From the NCBI RefSeq assembly GCF_020564625.1, contig NZ_JAJBZT010000002.1, positions 387,141-451,140 of the forward strand: a stretch of DNA of 64,000 nucleotides, in the 5' to 3' direction. The translations under genes were made by a program, and so were the position numbers. Positions within the stretch are counted from its first letter, which is position 1. Every line of letters starts with the position of its first letter. The notes under the pieces were generated by a model, which was given only the letters and a program-made list of their open reading frames with translations, had not been told where the DNA came from and ran no database searches. The stretch is from Leeia speluncae (lineage in GTDB: Bacteria > Pseudomonadota > Gammaproteobacteria > Burkholderiales > Leeiaceae). This document shows, piece by piece, positions 8,921 through 18,998 of the stretch.

Positions 8921-10323
8921 ACGTGCGCCTCCTGTCCCATTGGCAACCCTGTTTTTTGAGCAAGCTCAACCAGATTGGCTTGACAGTAGAAGCCCTGGCA
9001 ACGCCCCATACAAGCACGCGTCCGGCGTTTTAGCCCCCCTAAATCGCCAGCTGGGAATACCCCACTCAGTGCATTTTCTACTTCCCGTTGGGTGACTAGC
9101 TCGCAATGGCAAAGTATCTTCCCACTCTCTGGGGTTTGATAATCTCGTGGGTGATAGTCACTTAACATGGGCATCTGTGGCCACACGGGAAAGTGGGTTG
9201 GTTTGACAGTGAAAAAGTGTTGTTCAACTAAGCCCAGCACATGCTTAGCAATCCCTAATGCAGCAGAGAGCCCGGTTGAGCGAATCCCCGCAACAGAAAT
9301 CCATTGCTCACTAGGCAATGCTTCGATTTGGTAATCCTTAAACTGGCTAGCTGGTCGCAAGCCAGCATAAGTAGCGGTAATCGGTTCATCAGCCAACGCA
9401 GGTAGCATGCGTTCGCCTGCCGTAGCCAACTGCTGAAGCGCGTCAGTGGTTAGTTCAGCATGGGTACGGTTGGTTTGGTCTTCTGCCGTTGGGCCAACCA
9501 GTAAATTACCAAAGACGGTACGGGTAATCACAATGCCCTTGGTACGATCATTCGGGACCGGCAAAAGAATATGCTTGGCTAATGAGGCAGCGGTTTTATC
9601 AAACACCACAAACTGCCCCTTACGCGGGGTGATGTGAAACGGGCTAGGTCGGCAAATCGCTTCAACAATATCCCCCTGATTGCCCGCGCAATTAATCACC
9701 AGTTTGGTTTGAAAAAGCCCTTGGCTAGTATGAAGTTGCCAGCCTTCGGCGATGCGCACACCGCTGATTACCTCGGTATCACGATGCACCTTAGCACCGG
9801 CATGAATGGCTTGAAGCACATAGGCTAATGGAGAAGACCAAGGGTCGATCAGATATTCCCCGGGGACTTTCAGCGCCCCCAGCGCAGCAGATGAAAGCGC
9901 GGGCTCCTCACGCAGCAAGGTGTCCCGGTCGATTTCTACAACATCACGCACCCCATTTTGATGCGCTTTGGCTAATAAGGTAGGTAGCTTGGCTAATTCT
10001 TCTGGCGTCCAAGCCACCAGTAGCGCGCCGGTTTTTAAAACGGGCAGATTCAGTGCTTGGTGAATAGACAGATATTCTTGGTAACCCGACTGCATGCAGG
10101 CTAGCTCTAGGCTATTGGCTGGGGCATCAAACCCAGTATGCAAAATCGCACTATTGGCTTTTGAGGCACCAGATAAAATATCTGCGCCTTTTTCTAATAA
10201 CGCAGCAGAAATACCCGCCCCCGCCAATGCCCTTAGCATGGCGCATCCCACCACGCCGCCACCAATCACGATAGCGTCATAGCGATATATAGGATGATTG
10301 CCCGGTTGATCTACTGCTTGCAT
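8917..10323 (-). CDS. FAD-dependent oxidoreductase with C-terminal BFD-like [2Fe-2S]-binding domain (GlpA-like)
   Basis: DAIVIGGGVVGCA dinucleotide motif plus C-terminal CHCE...CMGRCQGFYC cysteines. Confidence 0.7.
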   Translation of the reverse strand: MQAVDQPGNHPIYRYDAIVIGGGVVGCAMLRALAGAGISAALLEKGADILSGASKANSAILHTGFDAPANSLELACMQSGYQEYLSIHQALNLPVLKTGALLVAWTPEELAKLPTLLAKAHQNGVRDVVEIDRDTLLREEPALSSAALGALKVPGEYLIDPWSSPLAYVLQAIHAGAKVHRDTEVISGVRIAEGWQLHTSQGLFQTKLVINCAGNQGDIVEAICRPSPFHITPRKGQFVVFDKTAASLAKHILLPVPNDRTKGIVITRTVFGNLLVGPTAEDQTNRTHAELTTDALQQLATAGERMLPALADEPITATYAGLRPASQFKDYQIEALPSEQWISVAGIRSTGLSAALGIAKHVLGLVEQHFFTVKPTHFPVWPQMPMLSDYHPRDYQTPESGKILCHCELVTQREVENALSGVFPAGDLGGLKRRTRACMGRCQGFYCQANLVELAQKTGLPMGQEAHV

Positions 10324-10613
10324 GTCTGCCTATCTCCCTGATAGTACAAGCGATTTTTGATGCAGTTTGCGTAAAAAAATGACAACCCTCAACAATCATC
10401 AGTTGTACTAATGCTGATTCATTAGTCATAACGATATTGATTGCAGATGTTTTGAGAGTTGTTACGATAGTTCGCGAATTCTGATTTTTAGCAAGTGTAG
10501 TAACCATCGGTTTGATTTAACCAGAACGAAATTCGGATACCTGTTATCGGGAAAATCGATAGCGGTATACACCTAGCAACGTAATGCAGTGTTATCGGAG
10601 AGAGAGAACACCC

Positions 10614-11996
10614 ATGCAAGCTCGTGATGTAAAAACCGTAGAAGACGCCATTGCACTCGTAGAAGCCAGAGGACTTAGCCACGTGAAAGTCGGCATGTCT
10701 GATATTGATGGCATCATGCGCGGTAAATACTTGTCGAAAGACAAATTTATTTCGGCACTCACCAGTGGTTTTGGCTTTTGTAACGTCGTGTTAGGTTGGG
10801 ATTTGAATGACCAGCTATACGATAACGTGCAATACACCGGCTGGCACACAGCCTACCCAGATGCGTGGGTGCGAATTTTGCCCGCCACTTGCCGCGATTT
10901 ACCGTTTGAGAAAGTAAACGGGCAAGACATGCTGTTTTTCTTGTGTGAATTTATCGAAGATGCAGCTGCCATCTGTCCACGCAACTTGTTACATCGCGTC
11001 CTGAAACGTGCAGATAACCTAGGCTTTGCCGCAAGTGCAGCGCTGGAATACGAATTCTTTATGTTTAAAGAATCACCAGAATCTGTACGAGAAAAAAATT
11101 ATCACAACCTCACGCCTTGGACACCCGGTTATTTTGGTTATTCGGTACTGCGTAGCACGGTTGAAAACGATTTTTACCACCAATTACTTGGCCTATGCGA
11201 ACAAATGGACATGGGCATTGAAGGCTTACATACCGAAACAGGTCCTGGCGTACTAGAAGCGGCGATCGGGGTAGATAGCGCCGAAGCAGCGGCAGACAAA
11301 GCCTTTTTGTTTAAAACCTTTACCAAAGTACTGGCCCAACGCAATAACCTGATGGCGACCTTTATGGCGAAATGGTCACACGATTACCCAGGCCAAAGTG
11401 GTCATATCCATTTATCGCTAAAAGACAAAGCAACAGGGCAATCGGCATTTTATGACCCAAGCCAAAAGCACAATATGAGTAAAACCCAGCGCCACTTTAT
11501 GGCGGGTGTACAAAAGTATTTGCCAGAATTTATGTCGATGTACGCGCAAACGGTGAATAGTTACTCGCGCTTAGTGCCGGGCTACTGGGCACCGTTAGAT
11601 GCAACTTGGGGGCTAGAAAACCGTACCACCGCACTACGTTTGATTCCGGGATCATCTAAATCACAGCGCATGGAAGTGCGTATTGGCTCTGCTGATGCCA
11701 ACCCGTACGTTGCACTCGCCGCTGCATTAGGCTCAGGGCTAATGGGAATCGAGCAAGAATTAGAACCCGATGAAATGGTGGTTGGCAACGCGTATACCCA
11801 AAGTTTCCCTGCGCATCTCAAGCTACCAAACACCCTATGGGAAGCCGCACAACGATTTAAAGGCAGCGAAGCCGCGCGCATTTTATTTGGCGATGCCTTT
11901 GTAGAACACTTTGCCGCCACCCGCGAATGGGAAGAGCGTGAGTTCCGCCGTCATGTAACGGATTGGGAACTCAAACGCTATTTTGAAATTATTTAG
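10614..11996 (+). CDS. Glutamine-synthetase-family gamma-glutamyl-amine ligase (PuuA/IpuC-like)
   Basis: GS catalytic-domain motifs are present and there is an RBS (GGAGAGAGAGAA) before the Met at 10614. The ORF track gives a longer version from 10584. Confidence 0.75.
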   Translation: MQARDVKTVEDAIALVEARGLSHVKVGMSDIDGIMRGKYLSKDKFISALTSGFGFCNVVLGWDLNDQLYDNVQYTGWHTAYPDAWVRILPATCRDLPFEKVNGQDMLFFLCEFIEDAAAICPRNLLHRVLKRADNLGFAASAALEYEFFMFKESPESVREKNYHNLTPWTPGYFGYSVLRSTVENDFYHQLLGLCEQMDMGIEGLHTETGPGVLEAAIGVDSAEAAADKAFLFKTFTKVLAQRNNLMATFMAKWSHDYPGQSGHIHLSLKDKATGQSAFYDPSQKHNMSKTQRHFMAGVQKYLPEFMSMYAQTVNSYSRLVPGYWAPLDATWGLENRTTALRLIPGSSKSQRMEVRIGSADANPYVALAAALGSGLMGIEQELEPDEMVVGNAYTQSFPAHLKLPNTLWEAAQRFKGSEAARILFGDAFVEHFAATREWEEREFRRHVTDWELKRYFEII

Positions 11997-12034
11997 TTAA
12001 CGATTTGATTTAACCGACTACTGACGAGGATCTT

Positions 12035-13423
12035 ATGTCATCAGAACTACTCACCCGAAGCCCAGTCGATGGTAGCGTGGTGGTCAGCCGTGTTTATCAC
12101 ACGCCCGCCGCGATTGAGGCGGCACTGACTGCTGCTGTGTCTGCCCAAAAAACATGGAAAACCGCGAGCATTGCCGATCGCGCAGCCATCTTAAGCAAGG
12201 GCGTAGACAACTTTGTGGCGAATAAAGAGCAGATCGCCTTAGAGTTAACGCGCCAAATGGGACGCCCGATTCGCTATACACCTGGTGAGGTGGGTGGTTT
12301 TGAAGCGCGTGCGCGCCACATGATTTCTATCGCAAATGAAGCCTTGCATGATGTTGTCCCCGCCGCGATCGAAGGCTTCAACCGCTTTATCCGCCGTGAG
12401 CCAGTCGGCGTCGTGCTCGTCGTTGCGCCTTGGAACTATCCGCTGCTGACAGCAGTAAATGCGGTTGTCCCCGCGCTAATGGCAGGCAATGCGGTGATTT
12501 TGAAACACTCGGCACAAACCCCATTAGCAGCAGAGCGCATGGTCGAAGCCTTTAGCAATATTGGTTTACCAGAAGGGTTGTTCCAGTTCATTCATACTGA
12601 TCATGAAGGTACACAAGGCTTAATCCAATCGCCGATGGTGAATGCCGTCTGCTTTACCGGTTCGGTTAAAGGGGGCGAAGCGGTAGAACAAGCCGCCGCA
12701 GGCCGGTTTATCCCGGTTGGGCTAGAACTAGGGGGTAATGACCCTGGCTATGTACGTGCCGACGCGGATGTTGATCAGGCGGTTGATACGCTAATTGATG
12801 GGGCGTTCTTTAATTCTGGCCAAAGCTGCTGCGGTATCCAGCGCATTTACGTACATGCTTCGTTATTCGATCAGTTCATCGAAAAAGCCGTTCGCCTAAC
12901 CAACCAATACAAATTGGGCGACCCAATGGACCCAGAAACCACGCTGGGACCAGTGGTGCGTACTTCTGCAGCGGATAGTATCCGTGCAGTCGTGACAGAC
13001 GCGATTACCAAAGGGGCAAAAACCCTGATTAATGCGGCAGACTTCCCGGCTGATCAGCCAGGCAGTGCGTTTGTTGCGCCGCAGATTTTGGTCAACGTGA
13101 ATCACAGCATGGCAATTATGAATGAAGAATGCTTTGGCCCTGTGGTTGGCATTATGCCGGTGAAAGACGATGCCGAAGCGGTTCAACTAATGAACGATAG
13201 TCCATACGGCCTCACCGCCTCTATCTTCACGAAAGATGAAACCGCAGCACTCGCCATTGGCGACCAATTAGAAACCGGTACGGTCTTTATGAACCGCTGC
13301 GATTACCTAGACCCGGCACTAGCATGGACTGGAGTGAAAAACACCGGTCGCGGCGCGACATTGTCATCTGTAGGGTACGAGCACCTGACCCGTCCAAAAT
13401 CTTTCCATCTAAAAAAACTGTAA
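12035..13423 (+). CDS. NAD(P)-dependent aldehyde dehydrogenase
   Basis: ALDH motifs ELGGNDP and FNSGQSCCG (catalytic Cys). Confidence 0.85.
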   Translation: MSSELLTRSPVDGSVVVSRVYHTPAAIEAALTAAVSAQKTWKTASIADRAAILSKGVDNFVANKEQIALELTRQMGRPIRYTPGEVGGFEARARHMISIANEALHDVVPAAIEGFNRFIRREPVGVVLVVAPWNYPLLTAVNAVVPALMAGNAVILKHSAQTPLAAERMVEAFSNIGLPEGLFQFIHTDHEGTQGLIQSPMVNAVCFTGSVKGGEAVEQAAAGRFIPVGLELGGNDPGYVRADADVDQAVDTLIDGAFFNSGQSCCGIQRIYVHASLFDQFIEKAVRLTNQYKLGDPMDPETTLGPVVRTSAADSIRAVVTDAITKGAKTLINAADFPADQPGSAFVAPQILVNVNHSMAIMNEECFGPVVGIMPVKDDAEAVQLMNDSPYGLTASIFTKDETAALAIGDQLETGTVFMNRCDYLDPALAWTGVKNTGRGATLSSVGYEHLTRPKSFHLKKL

Positions 13424-13439
13424 TTCTGCGGAGAACCAC

Positions 13440-14612
13440 ATGAGCGATATGAACGCCTACCGAGCGAATTGGAACTACCCAACCGCTATTAAAGCCGGTG
13501 CTGGCCGCATTAAAGAACTGCCAGATCATTGCAAATCATTAGGGATGACCAACCCGCTGCTGATTACCGACCCAGGCTTAGCTAACCTGCCAGTGGTGAC
13601 CGATGCCGTGGCTAGCTGCCAAGCGGCGGGGTTAGCCTGTGCGGTGTTTAGCCAAATCAAAGGTAACCCTACTGGCCAAAACGTGATGGATGGCGTCGCC
13701 GCATTTAAAGCCGGTAAACATGATGGTGTGATCGCCTTTGGTGGTGGTTCAGGTCTCGATGCGGCCAAAGCCGTGGCGTTAATGGTTGGCCAAACTGGCG
13801 ACCTATGGGATTACGAAGACGTGGGCGATAACTATCTGCGCGTCAACGTAGAAGCGATGGCACCAGTCGTCGCGGTTCCTACCACCGCAGGCACTGGCTC
13901 TGAAGTTGGCCGAGTCTCCGTGATTACCGATGAAGTCGCACATATCAAACGTCTGATTTTCCATGCACGCATGGTGCCAGCCGTCGTGATTCTAGACCCA
14001 GAAGTCACCGTTGGTTTGCCTGCCAAACTCACCGCCGCAACCGGGATGGACGCATTAAGCCATAACTTAGAAGCCTACTGTTCGCCGTTTTACCACCCAA
14101 TGGCGACCGGTGTGGCATTAGAAGGCATCCGCTTGGTCAAAGATTACCTGCCCAAAGCAGTGAAAAATGGTGCAGACCTAGAAGCCCGCATGCAGATGTT
14201 AGTCGCTAGTACCATGGGCGCCACCGCCTTCCAGCGTGGTCTCGGCGCCATGCACGCCCTTGCCCATCCACTTGGCGCGTTATACGACGCACACCATGGC
14301 ATGCTAAATGCCATCTTGATGCCGTATGTACTCAAAGCCAACCAGTCGGTGATTGAAGAGCGCATTACCGCTTTGGCTCGTTACCTCAACCTGCCGAATC
14401 CATCGTTCGAGGCCTTCCTGAATTGGGTATTGGCGCTTCGTGAAGAAGTCGGCATTCCACATGCGCTGTCTTCTATCGGGATTACCGATGAAGAAGCTGT
14501 AAAAGTGGGAGAAATGGCGGTAGCAGACCCTTCTCACGGCACCAACCCGATCAACTTTACCGCGGAACAATATAGTGACATTTTCCGCCGTGCAGTGGTC
14601 GGTCTACTGTAG
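13440..14612 (+). CDS. Iron-containing (group III) alcohol dehydrogenase
   Basis: Fe-ADH motifs GGGSGLDAAKA and HAL..AH..G. Confidence 0.85.
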   Translation: MSDMNAYRANWNYPTAIKAGAGRIKELPDHCKSLGMTNPLLITDPGLANLPVVTDAVASCQAAGLACAVFSQIKGNPTGQNVMDGVAAFKAGKHDGVIAFGGGSGLDAAKAVALMVGQTGDLWDYEDVGDNYLRVNVEAMAPVVAVPTTAGTGSEVGRVSVITDEVAHIKRLIFHARMVPAVVILDPEVTVGLPAKLTAATGMDALSHNLEAYCSPFYHPMATGVALEGIRLVKDYLPKAVKNGADLEARMQMLVASTMGATAFQRGLGAMHALAHPLGALYDAHHGMLNAILMPYVLKANQSVIEERITALARYLNLPNPSFEAFLNWVLALREEVGIPHALSSIGITDEEAVKVGEMAVADPSHGTNPINFTAEQYSDIFRRAVVGLL

Positions 14613-14693
14613 TAAACGCACAGAGGTGAGTGGTGACACTCGCCTCTGTCAGAATTGAAATGCATTCACGACTGCACCAGCAGGAGACGCTAA

Positions 14694-16139
14694 ATGGCAA
14701 GAATCGGTATCGCCGGTTTTTTACATGAGACCAATACCTTTGCAAATAGCCGCGCAAAGTTTGTGACCTTTGCCGAGGCCGATGCTTGGCCGGGGCTACA
14801 ATGGGGTGAAAAAATGTTCGAGGCCATTCGTGGCGTCAACATTCCCGTCACCGGCTTTGTCGATGCGCTAGCAGACAGCACGCATACGCTAGTGCCATTG
14901 GTCTGGGCTTCAGCCAACCCTAGCGGTCCGGTAACGGAAGATGCTTTCGAATCCATTACGTGGATGTTGCAACATAGCCTCTCAGAAGCAGGGCAAATAG
15001 ACGCCCTCTTTTTAGATTTGCATGGCGCAATGGCCACCGAACATCTACAAGATGGCGAAGGCGAACTCTTGCGCCGCATTCGCCAGCAAGTCGGGAAAGA
15101 TTGTCCCATCATTGCCACCTTAGATTTTCACGCCAACATTACGCCTGCAATGGTGGAATACACCGATGCCTTGATCGTGTACCGAACCTACCCGCATGTA
15201 GATATGAGTGATGCAGGTCACCGCGCCGCGGCCTTATTGCCACGCCTTCTTTATGGAGAACGTTGGCACAAAACGTTCCGACAATTGCCTTTCCTCATCC
15301 CGATGCCATGGCAATGTACCTTGTCCGACCCGGTAAAATCGCTCATCGAACAAGCCGACCAATATGAATCTAATTCGGTGCCATTAGTGCGTTTTGCACC
15401 GGGCTTTCCATTGGCCGATGTGCCCGATTGCGCACCCTCCATTTTGGTTTATAGCCAATCAGCAGAAATGGGCGCATCCATCGCCGAAGCATTGGTGACC
15501 GCCGTCAGCCAAGCACGCTCTGCCTTTGCTGGCAAACTATGGGGTGCAGCCGATGCGGTAGCTTATGCCAAAACTAGGCCCGCAGAGACGAACAAACCAC
15601 TTATCTTGGCCGATACACAAGATAACCCCGGTGGCGGCGCTGACAGTAATAGCACCGACCTGATTGCCGAACTACTTAACCAATCCGTCAGCGGCTGCGT
15701 GGGCTTATTGTGTGATCCAAACACCGCCCTGCTTGCTCATCAACACACCGTTGGCGACACACTATCTACCGCCCTCTGCAACGACCCAGCGACCCAACGC
15801 CCTTGGACCATCACCCAATTAGGCAATGGGCAATTCATCGGCACCGGCCCATTTTATGAAGGGTGTAAGATGGATCTAGGCCCCATGGTCGCACTGCAAT
15901 ACGAAGGCGTAACCGTCATTGTCTCTAGCCGCAAACAACAAGCGGCAGACCAAGCCATGTTCCGCCATCTAGGCGTAGAACCTGCTGCACAACCCTTATT
16001 GGTGCTCAAAAGTTCGGTCCACTTCCGGGCAGACTTTGGCGAGATGGCATCCGAGATTCTCGTGGTGGCAGCAAGTGGCCCTAATACGGCAGATCTACAT
16101 GAACTAACTTACCAATTCGCCAAACGCCCACCCGCCTAA
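14694..16139 (+). CDS. M81-family metallopeptidase (MlrC-like, DUF1485/DUF1446)
   Basis: The N-terminus RIGIAGFLHETNTF is characteristic of the MlrC family. Confidence 0.65.
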   Translation: MARIGIAGFLHETNTFANSRAKFVTFAEADAWPGLQWGEKMFEAIRGVNIPVTGFVDALADSTHTLVPLVWASANPSGPVTEDAFESITWMLQHSLSEAGQIDALFLDLHGAMATEHLQDGEGELLRRIRQQVGKDCPIIATLDFHANITPAMVEYTDALIVYRTYPHVDMSDAGHRAAALLPRLLYGERWHKTFRQLPFLIPMPWQCTLSDPVKSLIEQADQYESNSVPLVRFAPGFPLADVPDCAPSILVYSQSAEMGASIAEALVTAVSQARSAFAGKLWGAADAVAYAKTRPAETNKPLILADTQDNPGGGADSNSTDLIAELLNQSVSGCVGLLCDPNTALLAHQHTVGDTLSTALCNDPATQRPWTITQLGNGQFIGTGPFYEGCKMDLGPMVALQYEGVTVIVSSRKQQAADQAMFRHLGVEPAAQPLLVLKSSVHFRADFGEMASEILVVAASGPNTADLHELTYQFAKRPPA

Positions 16140-16281
16140 ATAGGCAACTCACACAAACAAAGCAAAGCTTGCTTCAACGGCAACCTTCTGCAATACACAA
16201 TTTGATGAAGTACGCTCGAAGGATAGGCAAACTGGTGCTATGCTCAGCCGGCCTATCCTTCCTATTTACGCTGGAAATCCC

Positions 16282-17241
16282 ATGTCAGAGATTGGTTTTG
16301 ACCTGAAGTTATTGGAAATTTTTATCAGTATTGTCGAATGTGGTGGCATGACTGCCGCCGCACAAAAACTCGGTTTAACGCAATCCTCTGTCTCACAAGG
16401 CTTAGCCAACCTAGAACAAAACCTGCGTATTCAACTAATGGATCGTTCGCACCGTCCGCCGCTACTCACGCCACTTGGACGGCAGTTTTACGAACAAAGC
16501 GCCCAATTATTAAACCGTGCCAGACAAGTTAGCCTAGAGTTTCGCCGCAAAGAACAAACCCCGTTAAAGCACGTACGCATTGCCTTGGTCGATTCTCTCG
16601 CCACCAGTGTGGGCAGAGAACTCCTAGAGGTCGTCAAGCAACGCACCGCCCATTGGTCGCTCACCACCGGACAATCGCATTCTCATGCCGATGCGCTGCT
16701 ATCGCGTAAAGTGGACATCATCATTTCAGACGATGCCATTGCAAACCACCCAGAGCTTTACAGAAGGCAACTCATCCGAGAGCCCTTCGTGTTGGTACTA
16801 CCCAAAGGCACCAACAGCGCCCCACCACACACCTTGCAACAGTTATCCACTAGTCTAGACTTTATTCGATATAGCCAAGGTACCGTCATAGGGCGCAACA
16901 TCGAACAGCAATTACAAGCATGGGGAATCAACCCACCACATCGCTTACAGCTAGATAATTCTTTCGCGATTCTATCGATGGTCAAAGCCGGTGTGGGTTG
17001 GGCAATCACCACCCCGCTTTGCTTATTACAAGCCGGTTTATTAAGTGGTGAAGTCGAATGTTTGCCTATTAAAGAAGGTAACTTCTACCGCGAACTTACC
17101 CTCGTCGCCCAAGCCAAAGAGTTGGGTAGCCTGCCCGAGCAGCTCGCGAGCGATACCGTCAATATTCTAAAAAATCGCTATTTACCGATTTTACAAAACA
17201 GCGCCCCATGGCTGGCTAGCGGTATTCAACTAGGCAATTAG
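16282..17241 (+). CDS. LysR-family transcriptional regulator
   Basis: N-terminal HTH (LKLLEIFISIVECGGMTAAAQKLGLTQSSVSQGL) plus a substrate-binding domain. The internal Met at 16282 is the likely start. Confidence 0.8.
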   Translation: MSEIGFDLKLLEIFISIVECGGMTAAAQKLGLTQSSVSQGLANLEQNLRIQLMDRSHRPPLLTPLGRQFYEQSAQLLNRARQVSLEFRRKEQTPLKHVRIALVDSLATSVGRELLEVVKQRTAHWSLTTGQSHSHADALLSRKVDIIISDDAIANHPELYRRQLIREPFVLVLPKGTNSAPPHTLQQLSTSLDFIRYSQGTVIGRNIEQQLQAWGINPPHRLQLDNSFAILSMVKAGVGWAITTPLCLLQAGLLSGEVECLPIKEGNFYRELTLVAQAKELGSLPEQLASDTVNILKNRYLPILQNSAPWLASGIQLGN

Positions 17242-17376
17242 TGATTCAATCTTTCGAACGGTCTAATCAAAAAATTTGAATATGCAATTCTGCTAAATAC
17301 GATATCTTTAACATGTTAATTAGATACTCTGCCGGGTGTCATTACACCCACTATTGCCGCACAAGGACAACACAAC

Positions 17377-17964
17377 ATGTCAGCTGTTTCTACTGAAGTT
17401 TTAAAACAAGCGTTTACCGAAGCCCGTACCTTCAATAAATTTACCGATCAGCCAGTTAGCGAAGCCACACTACGTGAGTTGTACGACCTATTCAAATGGG
17501 CACCAACGTCAATGAATAGCCAACCAGCACGCTTGGTATTTCTAACTAGCGCAGAAGCAAAACAGAAATTGGCACCCGCATTGTCTCCAGGTAACTTAGA
17601 CAAAACGCTAGCCGCCCCAGTCACCGTGATCATTGCACAAGACAACCGCTTTTTTGATCACCTACCAACCCAATTCCCCGCTTACGATGCCAAACCAATG
17701 TTTGAAGCGAATGCCGCTTTAGCAGATGCAACCGCTTTCCGTAACAGCAGCTTGCAAGGTGCTTACCTGATTATTGCAGCTCGCCTGCTTGGCTTAGACT
17801 CTGGCGCGATGAGTGGTTTTGACCCAGCCAAAGTCAACGAAGCGTTCTTTGCTGATGGCAAATACAAAGTGAACTTCCTACTGAACCTAGGCTATGGTGA
17901 CGCTAGCGGTAACTACCCACGCGGCCCACGTTTGTCTTTTGAAGAAGTAGCAGAAATTCTGTAA
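17377..17964 (+). CDS. Nitroreductase-family NAD(P)H oxidoreductase (RutE/YdjA-like)
   Basis: A 195-aa protein with a nitroreductase-fold signature (RTFNKFTDQPVS...MNSQPARLVFL). Confidence 0.65.
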   Translation: MSAVSTEVLKQAFTEARTFNKFTDQPVSEATLRELYDLFKWAPTSMNSQPARLVFLTSAEAKQKLAPALSPGNLDKTLAAPVTVIIAQDNRFFDHLPTQFPAYDAKPMFEANAALADATAFRNSSLQGAYLIIAARLLGLDSGAMSGFDPAKVNEAFFADGKYKVNFLLNLGYGDASGNYPRGPRLSFEEVAEIL

Positions 17965-17982
17965 TTCGTTTTTCGCTGCATA

Positions 17983-18026
17983 AAAATGAAAAAGCCCAAG
18001 GTGAATTACCTTGGGCTTTTTGTTCA
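17983..18026. terminator. Bidirectional rho-independent terminator between convergent genes
   Basis: Hairpin aaagcccaagg...ccttgggcttttt flanked by A and T tracts. Confidence 0.6.
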
Positions 18027-18041
18027 AACACAGCGCATAGA

Positions 18042-18998
18042 TTAGCCTGCCTGGTGCTCGTCCAAATCAATCACACTAATCTGGTTTTTGCCCATTTCTT
18101 TTGCAAGATACAACTGCAAATCGACCGACTGAATCAAGATTTCTTTTTGCGCTTTTTCATTCGGTGTCACGGTTGCCACCCCAATACTCAAGGTCACCTG
18201 TTTTGACACTTTGCTATCAGGGTGAGGGATGGCGGCAGTCGCAAGGGTCTTTTGGATTTCCTCTGCAATCAGCGTTGCGCCTTCTAACGAAGTCCCCGGT
18301 AAAACCAGCGCAAACTCTTCTGCGGCATAACGCGCAGCCAAATCCATCGGACGGCGGCAGACTTGCTTCATGATCTGAGCCACTTGCTTTAGGCACTCAT
18401 CGCCTTTGCTGTGGCCTTCTGCATCATTGAGTTGCTTAAAGAAATCAATATCGACAAACACTAAACTCAAAGGCAATTGTTGACGAATGCAGCTTGTCCA
18501 ATTCGCTTCATAAGCTTCATTAAAGCGGCTTCGATTTGCTACGCCAGTTAACCCATCCATACTGGTCAGCGCTTTTAGCAGATCGGCTTGCAATTTACCG
18601 GCCAAATGCGCGGCTACCCGAGCTTGCACCAACAATGGGTTAATTGGCTTGGTAATAAAATCCGAACCGCCGCGTTGAAAACCTTCTAACTCGTCATCTT
18701 GGCTTTGCTTACCCGTAATAAAAATAATAGGGATATTTGCCGTAGCGGGATCATCCTTTAACAACGTACAGACGCTGTAGCCATCCATATCTGGCATCAC
18801 CACGTCCAATAAAATCAGATCGGGCATCAGGTTTCTGACTTGTTCAATCCCTTGCTGACCATTCATCGCAAAAAACACATCGTAATCCGCTTTGAAAATC
18901 TCGCGAATCACCTGAATGTTCATTACCTGATCATCCACAATCAGTAGTTTCGGGCGAATGCCGTGGGTCTTTAAAAATTCATTCAGGTAGGTCAGCAC
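18042..18998 (-). CDS. Response regulator: REC domain plus degenerate GGDEF domain (active-site motif reads RYAAEEF; I-site RxxD retained)
   Basis: REC domain (LIVDDQ...D...LLDVVMPDMDG). GGDEF-domain core with AAEEF in place of GG[DE]EF and RPMD five residues upstream. Confidence 0.8.
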   Translation of the reverse strand: MLTYLNEFLKTHGIRPKLLIVDDQVMNIQVIREIFKADYDVFFAMNGQQGIEQVRNLMPDLILLDVVMPDMDGYSVCTLLKDDPATANIPIIFITGKQSQDDELEGFQRGGSDFITKPINPLLVQARVAAHLAGKLQADLLKALTSMDGLTGVANRSRFNEAYEANWTSCIRQQLPLSLVFVDIDFFKQLNDAEGHSKGDECLKQVAQIMKQVCRRPMDLAARYAAEEFALVLPGTSLEGATLIAEEIQKTLATAAIPHPDSKVSKQVTLSIGVATVTPNEKAQKEILIQSVDLQLYLAKEMGKNQISVIDLDEHQAG

